Assembly (NCBI GenBank): GCA_025061115.1
Contig: JANZKC010000004.1
Coordinates: 135,171 to 199,170 of the forward strand
Source: Candidatus Culexmicrobium cathedralense
GTDB taxonomy: Archaea; Thermoproteota; Methanomethylicia; Culexarchaeales; Culexmicrobiaceae
Length of the DNA stretch: 64,000 nt
Reading direction: 5' to 3'
Part shown: in pieces, positions 1-9,522 of the stretch
Numbering within the stretch: the first letter of the stretch is position 1
Layout: every line of letters starts with the position of its first letter
The notes under the pieces: generated by a model
Databases searched by the model: none
What the model saw: the letters and a program-made list of their open reading frames with translations, nothing else
Told to the model about the DNA's origin: nothing
Translations under genes and position numbers: made by a program

Positions 1-168
1 ATACAACTATAATTATAGAAGCCGGAAATCGAAGCATAAACTCAGCCAAACTGCCAAGCCCTCCATCAATTAACGAACACTCGCGCAGTCAATAAATATT
101 CATGATGGCCGAGTGCAAATGAATACAACAAGAACTTGACACTTCGTCTAAGCGCAGCGTCTTCAGAT

Positions 169-717
169 TTACAGATCCATTTTATCCAAAACTTCTCTAA
201 ACCTAACTATTAGCGTGGGGGAGATCCAAAATCCATCTTCAACCATTTTATTCAGCAACTTCCAAGCCTCCTCCCCTCCCAACAACCCCTCCCTAACGCC
301 CCTCAACAACAAATATAAAACTCCCCTCGGCGTCAAGCCAAAAAGCTTAGCTACGCGGTAAGCCAACTCATCATTCGTAAGTAAAATCTCCGCACTCAGA
401 TCCAGTGCAAGCGCTATAGCCTCCCTCTCACCAGCCCCAAGCCTAATCTTCAACCTTTCCTCAACACCCCTCACCCTCTCAATAGAACCCTCAGAAGCAT
501 CCCTCACCTCAATCCAGCCATCAGCAACAGCTCCACCAATAACCCTAGAATCCGGAAATCCCTTCAATGAACCTCTCTCAACAGCCTCAACATAAACCGA
601 CCTAGGAATACATATCACGCCATAGAGAGCTCTAAGAATATCCAGCCTACCGTACCTCGCCAACCAAATCAACGGCCCAGTATCAGAGACAACCCCCAAC
701 ACCCAAAAACTCCCCAA
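169..717 (-). CDS. PIN-domain toxin, DUF3368-like (VapC-type)
   Basis: N-terminal VVSDTGPLI, GEREAIALA and LLTND acidic PIN motifs; overlaps upstream small antitoxin gene. Confidence 0.85.
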   Translation of the reverse strand: MGSFWVLGVVSDTGPLIWLARYGRLDILRALYGVICIPRSVYVEAVERGSLKGFPDSRVIGGAVADGWIEVRDASEGSIERVRGVEERLKIRLGAGEREAIALALDLSAEILLTNDELAYRVAKLFGLTPRGVLYLLLRGVREGLLGGEEAWKLLNKMVEDGFWISPTLIVRFREVLDKMDL

Positions 718-1009
718 CCTCCTCTAAAAACCTCTCATCACCATACCTCAAAACAACACCCCTACGCTTAAGCTCACCAAAAAACTCCCAATAACTCAAA
801 CCAGAAACCTCAACAGCCCTACCAATCGAAATCAAACCCCTAGAATACAAATCCAAAGCCAACCTCACCCTAAGCTCCCTAACACCAAACCTAATAGCAT
901 CACGCAAAACATCAGAACGATCCCTACCCAAAGCCCCAGCCAAAAAATCCAACTCCTCAAGCAACTCCACAGGCAAACGAACAGTAGTCACCTTAAACAA
1001 AACAAACAC
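683..1009 (-). CDS. UPF0175-family antitoxin with N-terminal ribbon-helix-helix
   Basis: VTTVRLP..DRSDVLRDAI (RHH) followed by ALDLYSRGLISIGRAVEVSGLSYWEF (UPF0175 pattern); paired with DUF3368 PIN. Confidence 0.85.
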   Translation of the reverse strand: MFVLFKVTTVRLPVELLEELDFLAGALGRDRSDVLRDAIRFGVRELRVRLALDLYSRGLISIGRAVEVSGLSYWEFFGELKRRGVVLRYGDERFLEEVGEFLGVGGCL

Positions 1010-1339
1010 CGTATTCTAATAGAATACAAAAACCTTAAAAACATAATGCCAATACGCCTTAAATAAACCCTAAACACGAGCTGAAACTCAAATCACGAAA
1101 AAAGAAGATACGTAGCTACAATATGCCTAAAAGTCATACAAAAACCTACCTAAACTGAAAATGCTAATAAATCACAATATTCCAAAAGCTGCAACTTTCA
1201 AAAAGAAACTAACACAAATAACAAACAGGATAATAAGGCAATTCAATTCTGCAAATCTTAAAGGATATTATTGAAACCACTATTAACTAGAAACCTCGCA
1301 AATTCAACACAACTCTTCCTTGAACAATTTATTTCTCAA

Positions 1340-2092
1340 TTAAATCGTTGAACTTCCAATTCCAAACCACTTAACTTCCTCCCTTAACCTGCGATACTTA
1401 AAATCAAATTTTCTCACTAGAAACACCATAAAAAGTCCTCCAAAGAGCATATTAAAGTCCTGGATAACTATGGACGCAATTAAACTAGCACCCCAAATTC
1501 TAATCATCAGTAGAATCGTTACCCTAAAGTATTTCTTTTTAGCCGTTTCATACTCCTTAATCAATTCTCTTGGAGGCTTCTTATCACCTAAAACTGCACC
1601 TGCTATGGAGGCTGAATACATACAGGCGTTAAACAATATTTCCTCGGCATTTCGCCCAGGCTTAATGCTCTTAATCACACTTTTAACATAATGAGGTGAA
1701 CATTTTGCCGAATCAATGCCCTTTCTTATTGCCTTCATTTCAACTTCCAAAAGCGCTAGATCTTCTTCCCCCTTTTCATGAGATAAACCCAAAACACCCT
1801 TAGCTACGCACCTATCCTGAACATAATGAAGCGCCCTACCCAAATTTTTCAAAGCCTCACGAAAATCCCCCCTCAAATAAGCCAATCTAGCACTCCAAAT
1901 ATATTTCATAATAACACTAAAAGGAGGCCTATGATGAGGTACGTGTCTAGTATAGGATCTCCCACTACCAAATTTATCCGGATATCTATCAGGCTCAACA
2001 GAACCCTGACATAAATACTTCTCCCATGCTTTAGGCAAATTAAGCTCCCTACATATTGCCCTAGAAATAGCCACATGAGTTTTCCACTTCAT
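1340..2092 (-). CDS. Zn-dependent phospholipase C / S1-P1 nuclease-like protein with C-terminal transmembrane hairpin
   Basis: MKWKTH start, GSVEPD, HH, ALHYVQD and H..E metal-ligand pattern; two hydrophobic C-terminal segments. Start re-set to the ATG at 2092 (ORF track extends to 2266). Confidence 0.7.
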   Translation of the reverse strand: MKWKTHVAISRAICRELNLPKAWEKYLCQGSVEPDRYPDKFGSGRSYTRHVPHHRPPFSVIMKYIWSARLAYLRGDFREALKNLGRALHYVQDRCVAKGVLGLSHEKGEEDLALLEVEMKAIRKGIDSAKCSPHYVKSVIKSIKPGRNAEEILFNACMYSASIAGAVLGDKKPPRELIKEYETAKKKYFRVTILLMIRIWGASLIASIVIQDFNMLFGGLFMVFLVRKFDFKYRRLREEVKWFGIGSSTI

Positions 2093-2494
2093 CAAATTAA
2101 ATAATTCAATTTTCAAATAATAATTTTTTAATGAATAATCGGCATGATTTCGCAATTTCATTAAGCCCTTCCTGCTGAACCTATCTACGTAAGGCGTAGC
2201 ATAAGCAGGATTTACATAATAAATTAAGCAAGCCAGTAGCAAGACTAGAAACACGATTAACATCACTCGATTTGTCAGAGCTCCCTAACTGCTTCACACA
2301 AGCTAGGGATGTTTTCCTAGGACAAAAAAGCAATAGCGAGAAATAAAATCAAAGTTGCAAATGCAGGCAAAGTCGCCTGATACGTCGTCAAGCAAATTCA
2401 TGTGCCAATGGATAAGCTAACTAGAAAAGAGGCAAAACTAGGCTTATGACTTTAACCTTTCATTTTCCAACATCTTTTTCTTATATGATTATGC

Positions 2495-3403
2495 TTATAT
2501 TCTCTTTCCTCGCACGCCATCAATTACTAAAGTTTTGTGCTGATCCTTCTTAGTGTATCTACAACCGAATTTGAATATTGGCAAGTAAACTAGTTTTAAT
2601 TGTAGAATTCTAAGATTTTTCTCAGCAATTTTCAAAAATGCTTTGGGCTCTATAACCATTTTCCTTTGGAATATGTGTACAATAACATCTTTATTAGTCA
2701 TGGGCTTTACTGGATCATGCACTTTAAAATCATTTTTTACGATTTTACATGTAATGCTCTTTATTTGACTAAGAGAGTCAACTGAAATTAAATGATCTTT
2801 ATACTTTTCAAACAATTCCTTAAATTCATCTTCTTCCTTACCTGAACTATCTAAGTAAAGCTTACAAGATCTGGTTATGTGCGCATACTCTATTACATCT
2901 GTTAACTCAAAATACCTTTCACTTGAGGGTGTCAACAATTCTTCAAGTATTCTAAATGGATTTAATGCGCCTTTTTCAGAAATTAATCCTCTAACTCTAC
3001 CTTCAACCATTACAGCTAAAACATCTCTTTTAACGTGAACTTTGTATGAGGCCTTACGGAAGTAAAAACACTGGTATGTTCCAAAAACATACCAGTACGG
3101 CTTAAATTCAATTTCTTTAAAAGTAACTTCAACTTCTTCAGGTTTGGGATGGAAAATCCTGCCAAAAAGCTTCGTTTTCTGCTTTTCGCAAATTGATAAC
3201 GCAATTTTATGATTCATTGGTTTAAACATAGCAAGTTCTAACGAAACTTCCTCAGGATTCCAGCCATTACCAGTTTTTTGTTCTCTTGTAACCCTTAACA
3301 AAGCCCTAAACTGTTCTTCACTAGCAGGTAAATGAATAACATGTGATTTATCTTCAATATAGTAACTTGAACTTACCACAAAAATATATTTGTAGCAAAA
3401 CAT
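2495..3403 (-). CDS. hypothetical protein
   Basis: 302-aa ORF with normal composition; no motif recognised. Confidence 0.6.
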   Translation of the reverse strand: MFCYKYIFVVSSSYYIEDKSHVIHLPASEEQFRALLRVTREQKTGNGWNPEEVSLELAMFKPMNHKIALSICEKQKTKLFGRIFHPKPEEVEVTFKEIEFKPYWYVFGTYQCFYFRKASYKVHVKRDVLAVMVEGRVRGLISEKGALNPFRILEELLTPSSERYFELTDVIEYAHITRSCKLYLDSSGKEEDEFKELFEKYKDHLISVDSLSQIKSITCKIVKNDFKVHDPVKPMTNKDVIVHIFQRKMVIEPKAFLKIAEKNLRILQLKLVYLPIFKFGCRYTKKDQHKTLVIDGVRGKRI

Positions 3404-3424
3404 ATATAAAATTTTGAGCTAACA

Positions 3425-4204
3425 ATGATGAACATACTTGAGCAAATGGGCTTAATAGATAAGTTAGCAAAATTAGCAGAAAAAGCACGTGATTTTCATA
3501 AGAACAAAAGAAACTTTGATAAAGGAGGTATTTTATCTCAAGAAGGCACCTTGACCTTAAATAGGATAATTAGTGAAGCACACAAATATGAACTTCTAAA
3601 AGACACACCAATAATATTAGTGGACTTCATAGAACGATATAAAGCAGACTTCATACTAAAAATCTTGCAAGAAGAAATAGAAGATAAAATAAACTCAATA
3701 CACAATGAAATAGCAAAAAGCTTCCTTAAAAGTCCAGTGCAAATAGCAAAAACCATACCGCCAGATAAAAGGGGAAGAATTCTGGAAATAATTGGAAGAG
3801 ACTGGCTAATAAACGTAGTAAATGAGCAATGGGGTGAGGCCAAATACAAGCAGATAAAAGGGACAGACATAGATGCAATAGCAATAATAAAAGAGAATGA
3901 ATCATATAAAATCTACATTGCAGAAATAAAATCAAAACTTGATAAAAGAAAAGCAATTAAAGAATTCATAAATCTAAACAATAAATGCCAAAAACTAAGA
4001 AACATATATCCAAACTCTCAGATATGTGAAAAAATAATGATAATCTTCTCCAAAGTAGATGAAGACATAAAACAAACAGCAAAAACAAAATTCGGAATTG
4101 TCATATGGGACATAGAAGTATTCAAAGAGATATCTATCAAACAGGGCAAAAAAGGAGGAAAATTCTACTTAGATGCAGTAATGGCACTTAACGCAAAAGC
4201 TTGA
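3425..4204 (+). CDS. PD-(D/E)XK restriction endonuclease-like protein (Mrr-like catalytic domain)
   Basis: G..LE...TDIDAIA...YIAEIKS catalytic pattern and C-terminal GIVIWD motif. Confidence 0.7.
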   Translation: MMNILEQMGLIDKLAKLAEKARDFHKNKRNFDKGGILSQEGTLTLNRIISEAHKYELLKDTPIILVDFIERYKADFILKILQEEIEDKINSIHNEIAKSFLKSPVQIAKTIPPDKRGRILEIIGRDWLINVVNEQWGEAKYKQIKGTDIDAIAIIKENESYKIYIAEIKSKLDKRKAIKEFINLNNKCQKLRNIYPNSQICEKIMIIFSKVDEDIKQTAKTKFGIVIWDIEVFKEISIKQGKKGGKFYLDAVMALNAKA

Positions 4205-4221
4205 TATTACTGGTGATTACC

Positions 4222-4434
4222 ATGGTTGTTGCCTTCGATATCGAAACTACCGGTCTAAATCCCCTCAAAAACGTTGTAATTCTAATTGGTGTAAAGAAAG
4301 GAAAGCAACTAATTCAATGGAAAATTTGGGAGTACGGAAGTGAAGATAAAATAATTCTCGAATTTATGAAATATATTGAAAGCGTCGATCCTTATGACGC
4401 GGTTATTATAGGTTACAATGCTTTAAAATTTTAA
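4222..4434 (+). pseudogene. truncated RNase H-like (DEDD/RNase_H_2) exonuclease fragment
   Basis: VAFDIETTGL (ExoI) and GYN...F (start of ExoII), then a stop exactly where FD is expected; ExoIII absent. Confidence 0.7.
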
Positions 4435-4497
4435 ATAATTTTTTCTTATTCTATCTAAATTTAGCTGAAACTTTCATTATAACTTTTGGAGCGTCTA

Positions 4498-5391
4498 TTA
4501 TCTATATTTCATGAGAACTCTTGCATTGTAAATTGAAAGCCAGTATTTCATCTTGCTAAAGTCTTTTGCTGAAAGGATTTCATTGATTGCCCTTTCAAGT
4601 ATTGGATCTCCTAAAGATATCTTAAGTAATTTATGATATCCAAGCTTACTAATCTTGCATCTCCTAATGTTGTCTTTGGTGAGATAATATATTTCTCTTA
4701 AATATGCGGCACGTATATGACTACTTGTGTCTAAGCTATCCACTATGTTTTTTAAGTAGTTTAACATAGATGGGCTTAAGACTCCAAGTAGATGCAATTT
4801 GGTCTTGCGTCCAATTTCATGTCTAATCGATTTGACTATTTTCTTAATTTGGTTTAATTTTCCTTCTTTAATGAGAGGTACAAGTGAACCTATGGCTATA
4901 TAGTTGGAACCCATTTCTGCAAGTTTTCGCGCTGAATAAGTATAGCTTTCTACATTCCATCCGTGAGCTACGGTAATTACTTCAACTCCGAGCTTATCAG
5001 CGAGCTTTAGATAGACTTCTGCTAGATCTAAATTTCTTTGCAAAATTTTTTGCTTAGCTTCCTGAGAAAGCTGTTTATTGACTAATGGGTGATCTTTCTG
5101 GATGATATAATCTGCACCTAGCCCGACTTGAATGTTAAATATGACGTTGATAGGTATAGCTTTATTTTCATGGCTCCAAAGAGAAGAAATTAATGAATCG
5201 ACAATTAATTTACCTCGATAATTAAAGCATGTTTTAAATCCTTTACTGATCAGATGATCCATATGGCGCTTAGAGTTCATTATATTGCCTAAACTAATTA
5301 GAATTCCATCAACTTCCATGTACTTCCAATATGGCGGGTCTTGAGGGTTTAATCTCCATGTTAGGTAGATTTTCAAGCGATTTCTCCTCAC
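4498..5391 (-). CDS. divergent tRNA/DNA-guanine transglycosylase (TGT)-fold protein
   Basis: Ordered TGT-barrel motifs IVDS, GADYIIQKDHP, VAHG, IAIGSL, HLLGV, DSLDTSS; no CxCxxC zinc site. Confidence 0.75.
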   Translation of the reverse strand: MRRNRLKIYLTWRLNPQDPPYWKYMEVDGILISLGNIMNSKRHMDHLISKGFKTCFNYRGKLIVDSLISSLWSHENKAIPINVIFNIQVGLGADYIIQKDHPLVNKQLSQEAKQKILQRNLDLAEVYLKLADKLGVEVITVAHGWNVESYTYSARKLAEMGSNYIAIGSLVPLIKEGKLNQIKKIVKSIRHEIGRKTKLHLLGVLSPSMLNYLKNIVDSLDTSSHIRAAYLREIYYLTKDNIRRCKISKLGYHKLLKISLGDPILERAINEILSAKDFSKMKYWLSIYNARVLMKYR

Positions 5392-6320
5392 GCATAGAGG
5401 GATATTGCCTTTATAGCTTCTTCTGGATCTATTTTTCCATTTCTGAGATAGATTTCATCATAGATTATTGCTGTTAACCTTAGAATTTCACCGGGATTAC
5501 CATTAGTATAATCATATAATCTATCAACGACACTTTCTGGAAGGAAGCTTGCAACCTCGGGTAGATATATTCTAAGGAATTCGAGGACTTCATTTTTTGT
5601 TAAATTTCTTAAGTATATTAGCATCGCTGAAAGGCGTCTAGACAAGGCCATGTTTATCGAGACAATTTCATCCCAGCCAGCTGGTGTAGAGGCAACTAGC
5701 ATGAATAGATTATAAGAAGCGTCATCAATTAATCTTCTAAGAGCATTCATGTATGATAACCGCTTGTACTTTTTCAGCTCCAATATTGTTTCAAATTCAT
5801 CGAGCAAAATCAAAATCAACTTATCACCTTCAAGAATTAATTGAGTTAGCATCTCCAAGGATGTCCAAACATCTAAATTCCTTGTTAAACCAAGCTTTCT
5901 ACGAATCTTAGCATCAAGCTTCTCTCCCAATAACCATAAGTAATAGAAGTATTCGTAGGTTTCAGAGGAATCAGCGGGTGTAATGGCTATCTTGTCATTG
6001 ATTACTCTTAATGCTATCTCCTTATACATTCGATTTTTAAGTAACTTTCTCATCACCGCATTGTAGAGGTCTAGGAAGCTTCTACCAGGAGATGAAACGT
6101 AAATTGGAAGGACCTTTTTTGATGATGAATATACGTGCTCTAAATGCTTAAGAAAATGCGTTTTACCAAAGCCATAGCTTCCAATTATAGCTCCTGCGCC
6201 GGAAAACCTTCTTCGCTGAGATTTTTCAATATAGCTTCTTATGCGCTCAACATTTCCATCGGGATCAAACATTTTATCAAAGAAGCGAGGAATTGCAAGA
6301 CGATTAAGCATAATCACCAC
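5388..6320 (-). CDS. AAA+/P-loop ATPase
   Basis: Walker A GSYGFGKT, Walker B ILLDEFE, arginine finger ALSRRL, TNGNPG helical-lid motif. Confidence 0.85.
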   Translation of the reverse strand: MVIMLNRLAIPRFFDKMFDPDGNVERIRSYIEKSQRRRFSGAGAIIGSYGFGKTHFLKHLEHVYSSSKKVLPIYVSSPGRSFLDLYNAVMRKLLKNRMYKEIALRVINDKIAITPADSSETYEYFYYLWLLGEKLDAKIRRKLGLTRNLDVWTSLEMLTQLILEGDKLILILLDEFETILELKKYKRLSYMNALRRLIDDASYNLFMLVASTPAGWDEIVSINMALSRRLSAMLIYLRNLTKNEVLEFLRIYLPEVASFLPESVVDRLYDYTNGNPGEILRLTAIIYDEIYLRNGKIDPEEAIKAISLYA

Positions 6321-6967
6321 TTCCCACTTTTGATGAAGATATACACGTATTTGCGACCCCTAACGCTAACTGCTCTACTAGAATTTTTGTCAAAGAGAGG
6401 TGCGGGAGCTAGGATCACGTTCTCTCGATTTTCATCAACAAATTTAGCAAGAAGCTCCTCGAAAACTTTTGAGCTCAAATTAAGCTCCTTAATAATGCAC
6501 TTTCTTACCTCTACAATAGGCACGTACTTAGACCGCATATTTCTTGAAATCTTCCTGTAAGTCTCAATTATTTTGTCCATAAAAAGCGAGTAAATTTCTC
6601 TTTGCTTAGCTGGTGAAAGATAAAGTACTTCATTCAGCAGCCTAAGCGAAATATCCACAACTAACGCATTAAGACCCGTCTCTTCAGCTATACTTTTAAT
6701 AGTCGTAAATCCACCAAAGTATGCATTTGCAACTCTCTCATACTCCGGCAGCCTCAAGAGATACTTATGTAAAATGTCTCCCCGCTTCTCACTATATGCT
6801 TCCAAAAAGATCTTGCCATCCTCAGTTATGGAGTAGCTTTCTCCATTATACGTTGCAAGCTCCATTTTTAACAAGGTATGAATCGCTTCAGAAGATCCAC
6901 TATAGGCTTTACCAGCAGCAATATTGCTTAATGTCCTTATCAAGGACTTAATGGTAACTGGTCTCAA
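6314..6967 (-). CDS. multi-winged-helix DNA-binding protein (putative)
   Basis: YSITEDG wing, TIKSIAEETGL HTH, C-terminal VPIVEVRK..LNLSSKVFEELL wHTH-like segment; overlaps the ATPase gene. Confidence 0.55.
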   Translation of the reverse strand: MRPVTIKSLIRTLSNIAAGKAYSGSSEAIHTLLKMELATYNGESYSITEDGKIFLEAYSEKRGDILHKYLLRLPEYERVANAYFGGFTTIKSIAEETGLNALVVDISLRLLNEVLYLSPAKQREIYSLFMDKIIETYRKISRNMRSKYVPIVEVRKCIIKELNLSSKVFEELLAKFVDENRENVILAPAPLFDKNSSRAVSVRGRKYVYIFIKSGKW

Positions 6968-7049
6968 TGTCCTATCACCAGGATTTCCAGTACATTTGGC
7001 ATTATGCTAATATATTGCTCTAAATCTAAAAGTTTTACGGGTACTCCAA

Positions 7050-7214
7050 ATGTTTAGTGAAGAAGAGGAGATAAAAATACTAGGTACTTCAAAAATTACG
7101 AGACGTTTCCAGGTGACAATAATTAAGGAAGTTAGAGAGCTCCTCAAAATAAAAATCGGAGATATCCTCGTATTTGAAAAGCATGGAGATAAAGTGATAA
7201 TCAGAAGAGGTTGA
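7050..7214 (+). CDS. AbrB/MazE/SpoVT-family DNA-binding protein (54 aa, absent from ORF track)
   Basis: Hand translation: MFSEEEEIKILGTSKITRRFQVTIIKEVRELLKIKIGDILVFEKHGDKVIIRRG*. Confidence 0.85.
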   Translation: MFSEEEEIKILGTSKITRRFQVTIIKEVRELLKIKIGDILVFEKHGDKVIIRRG

Positions 7215-7220
7215 CCACAA

Positions 7221-9104
7221 TTATTGTGTGGACTTTTTAAAGCCGATCCAATTGAGTAAAGTTGGATTTTTAGCTTTGAAATGTAAATTAAGCATATCAA
7301 AGATGTGCTTAATGAGTAAAGTTTGATTTCTAACGCCCTTCACGGGGAACACTGTTGCCCTTATGTCGTGGTTATGATATGCCTTAGTAATTGGCGCTAC
7401 TATCACAGCTCGATCATCCATAAGCAACTTATTAACAGCTTCCTCAGCAGCCAGCAAATAGGCTTTGCTTAGATTAACGATGATTAAATCATAGTCGTCT
7501 TTAACGTAACTGAGAATTTTTTCCTCCACATTGTGCTTTGAAGCCCATTTTCTAATCCAATCACTAGACTTTCCGCTGAATGTTGCATCATACGGTATAA
7601 TGCGATCTTGCCCATGAATAACGCCATATCGAGCTGATATAAAAACTACATCAACTTTCACACCTTTGCTCCTAAGCTTATTAACACCTCTCTTAACAAC
7701 TCTAAAATTGCCAGCATACATATCTTCAGCCTTCAAAATAAATTCGCTAAGCAATTTTCTGTAAAGACCTTCGTTCTCAATATCAAATTTAGGCTTACTT
7801 AGACCATAACTTCTCAATTTTTCGTCAATTTTTCTCCACTCAACATTTTTCTGAGCCGTGCAATTGGTTATCACAAGAATGTTCTTCAGCTTTGTTGGAA
7901 TCCAAGGATTCAAGTCTAACAATTTTGTCAAATCTAGCTTTAAGTGCCTGCTTTTAGCTATTCTAAAGTTGACAAGTTTTTTCTCCTTCAAAAAATTACT
8001 AAACACCCACACATTATGGAAGCCTCTTCTCCTATTTCGATCATTACCTCTAAATATTACCACGTCAATTCCGATTTCACGACAAATTTTGCACTTGCAC
8101 TTTTTCCAAGGCCTATTAATTAATAATTCATAGTAGTATGGCAGGTAGTCTACTCCCCCATTAAGATAGACGTACTCTTCGACGAGCCGCCACAACTCCC
8201 TAAAATTCATCGCGCCTTCGTCATACCTATGAAGCGCATCGAGCAACTCCTTTTCAAGTTTACTTTCTTTCCACACACGAATCGCAGTATAGGCTTTGCC
8301 ATCCAAAGTAATGTAATTGCTAAAATGTCTAAGCCAAGCAATTCGAAGAACAGTCGAACTGTCAAATGACACCGTCTCAGCTATGCTGCCCTCCAATTCT
8401 TGAAACAGCGGAATAAGCTTAAGTCGAGCAACTCCTAGAAAATGAAGTCTCCTAAGCTTAACACCATGCAACTCTCCACGGAGCTTTTTTATAAGTTTCT
8501 TAATGAAAACCGAACTGCGCCTAGCTAAACCTCCAAGAGCAAAACTGTCAAATCCTTTACTGTAAAGTGCCTTGACAAACTTCACATAATCATTTGAATT
8601 AATGCCCTGCACTGCTGCCAACAACAAAAACTTTTCCTTGAAATTCCTCCTCCACTCATCAAGCATCTTCAAAGCATTCTCATAAGTAATACGCATCCTC
8701 CACAACTGATCCTCAGCACTCGTGCCAAGAATAGCTATATGATCAACAGTAACACCAAGATCAACACCAATTCTTGAATAAAACGTCAACATCTCAACGG
8801 GATCATATGGCGGGGTTATTTGACGGACATACTGCCAAGCACCGCAATCGCCCATAACCTCAGCATGCCCAGGTAATCTTAAAAAACTCTTAACGCCAAG
8901 CTCTTCAACACGCCTAACAATATGCTTAAGCTCCAAAACACTACGAGAGACCAGCACGCCCTCAAAGGGAATTTCGCCAAGAATGTGCCAAAGCCTAGCA
9001 CCAAACCTAAATTTATCCTCTATAAAGCCATCAGAGTGACGTTCTTCCTTAAAATCAAAACCACCATCAACGATATCATGCCAATCGGGGAGTAGATATT
9101 TCAT
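7221..9104 (-). CDS. dpdA: DpdA-type 7-deazaguanine DNA transglycosylase fused to a C-terminal YaaA/DUF6884 (DpdC-like) domain
   Basis: MKYLLPDWHDIVD..FDF N-terminus, GDCGAW, VDHI, AVQG, ALGGL, HFLG, SFDSS and PWKKCKCKIC..IFRGNDRNRRRGFHN DpdA signature; C-terminal ITNCTAQK / AEDMYAG / ISARYG / PYDATF. Confidence 0.85.
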   Translation of the reverse strand: MKYLLPDWHDIVDGGFDFKEERHSDGFIEDKFRFGARLWHILGEIPFEGVLVSRSVLELKHIVRRVEELGVKSFLRLPGHAEVMGDCGAWQYVRQITPPYDPVEMLTFYSRIGVDLGVTVDHIAILGTSAEDQLWRMRITYENALKMLDEWRRNFKEKFLLLAAVQGINSNDYVKFVKALYSKGFDSFALGGLARRSSVFIKKLIKKLRGELHGVKLRRLHFLGVARLKLIPLFQELEGSIAETVSFDSSTVLRIAWLRHFSNYITLDGKAYTAIRVWKESKLEKELLDALHRYDEGAMNFRELWRLVEEYVYLNGGVDYLPYYYELLINRPWKKCKCKICREIGIDVVIFRGNDRNRRRGFHNVWVFSNFLKEKKLVNFRIAKSRHLKLDLTKLLDLNPWIPTKLKNILVITNCTAQKNVEWRKIDEKLRSYGLSKPKFDIENEGLYRKLLSEFILKAEDMYAGNFRVVKRGVNKLRSKGVKVDVVFISARYGVIHGQDRIIPYDATFSGKSSDWIRKWASKHNVEEKILSYVKDDYDLIIVNLSKAYLLAAEEAVNKLLMDDRAVIVAPITKAYHNHDIRATVFPVKGVRNQTLLIKHIFDMLNLHFKAKNPTLLNWIGFKKSTQ

Positions 9105-9522
9105 GGATTCTTCCCTTAAAATTACACGACCTGTTATGCCTTATTTTTGTTGTGATTAAGCAAGACTATTTCATTTTTCTTTTATAATAATTTAAAAAAA
9201 TAATTTATTTAACTTAGTATCATTAATTAAAAATTTCATAAAAATGTAAAATTAATAATAGATATTGAGAAATAGTGTGATAGATATGATAACAATAATT
9301 AAAGCTATTTATATTAACAATTTATATTAAAAATCAAGTACCTTGAAAACATTAATGTTAGAACATGTTCATATTAAAGTTTTGTTGATAAGTTCTGACG
9401 CATTTTTTCTTCGGAAATTATATACGACATTCATAATGCGCCTCAAATTAAAATTTGCTCAGTTTTCTATCCAAAATTATACTAAAACTTTTAAGTTTTT
9501 GCGAGAAATTTATTTATGAACC
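9105..9522. promoter_or_regulatory. very AT-rich divergent promoter region between the two defence operons
   Basis: 418-bp ORF-free gap between head-to-head starts, with many TATA-like runs. Confidence 0.6.

Noticed and set aside
7007-7300. 97-aa minus-strand ORF
   Set aside because: Antisense to the clear AbrB gene at 7050-7214.
4498-9104. TGT genes as housekeeping archaeosine tRNA-guanine transglycosylase
   Set aside because: No PUA domain or arcTGT-type N-terminus; DpdA signature and defence context instead.
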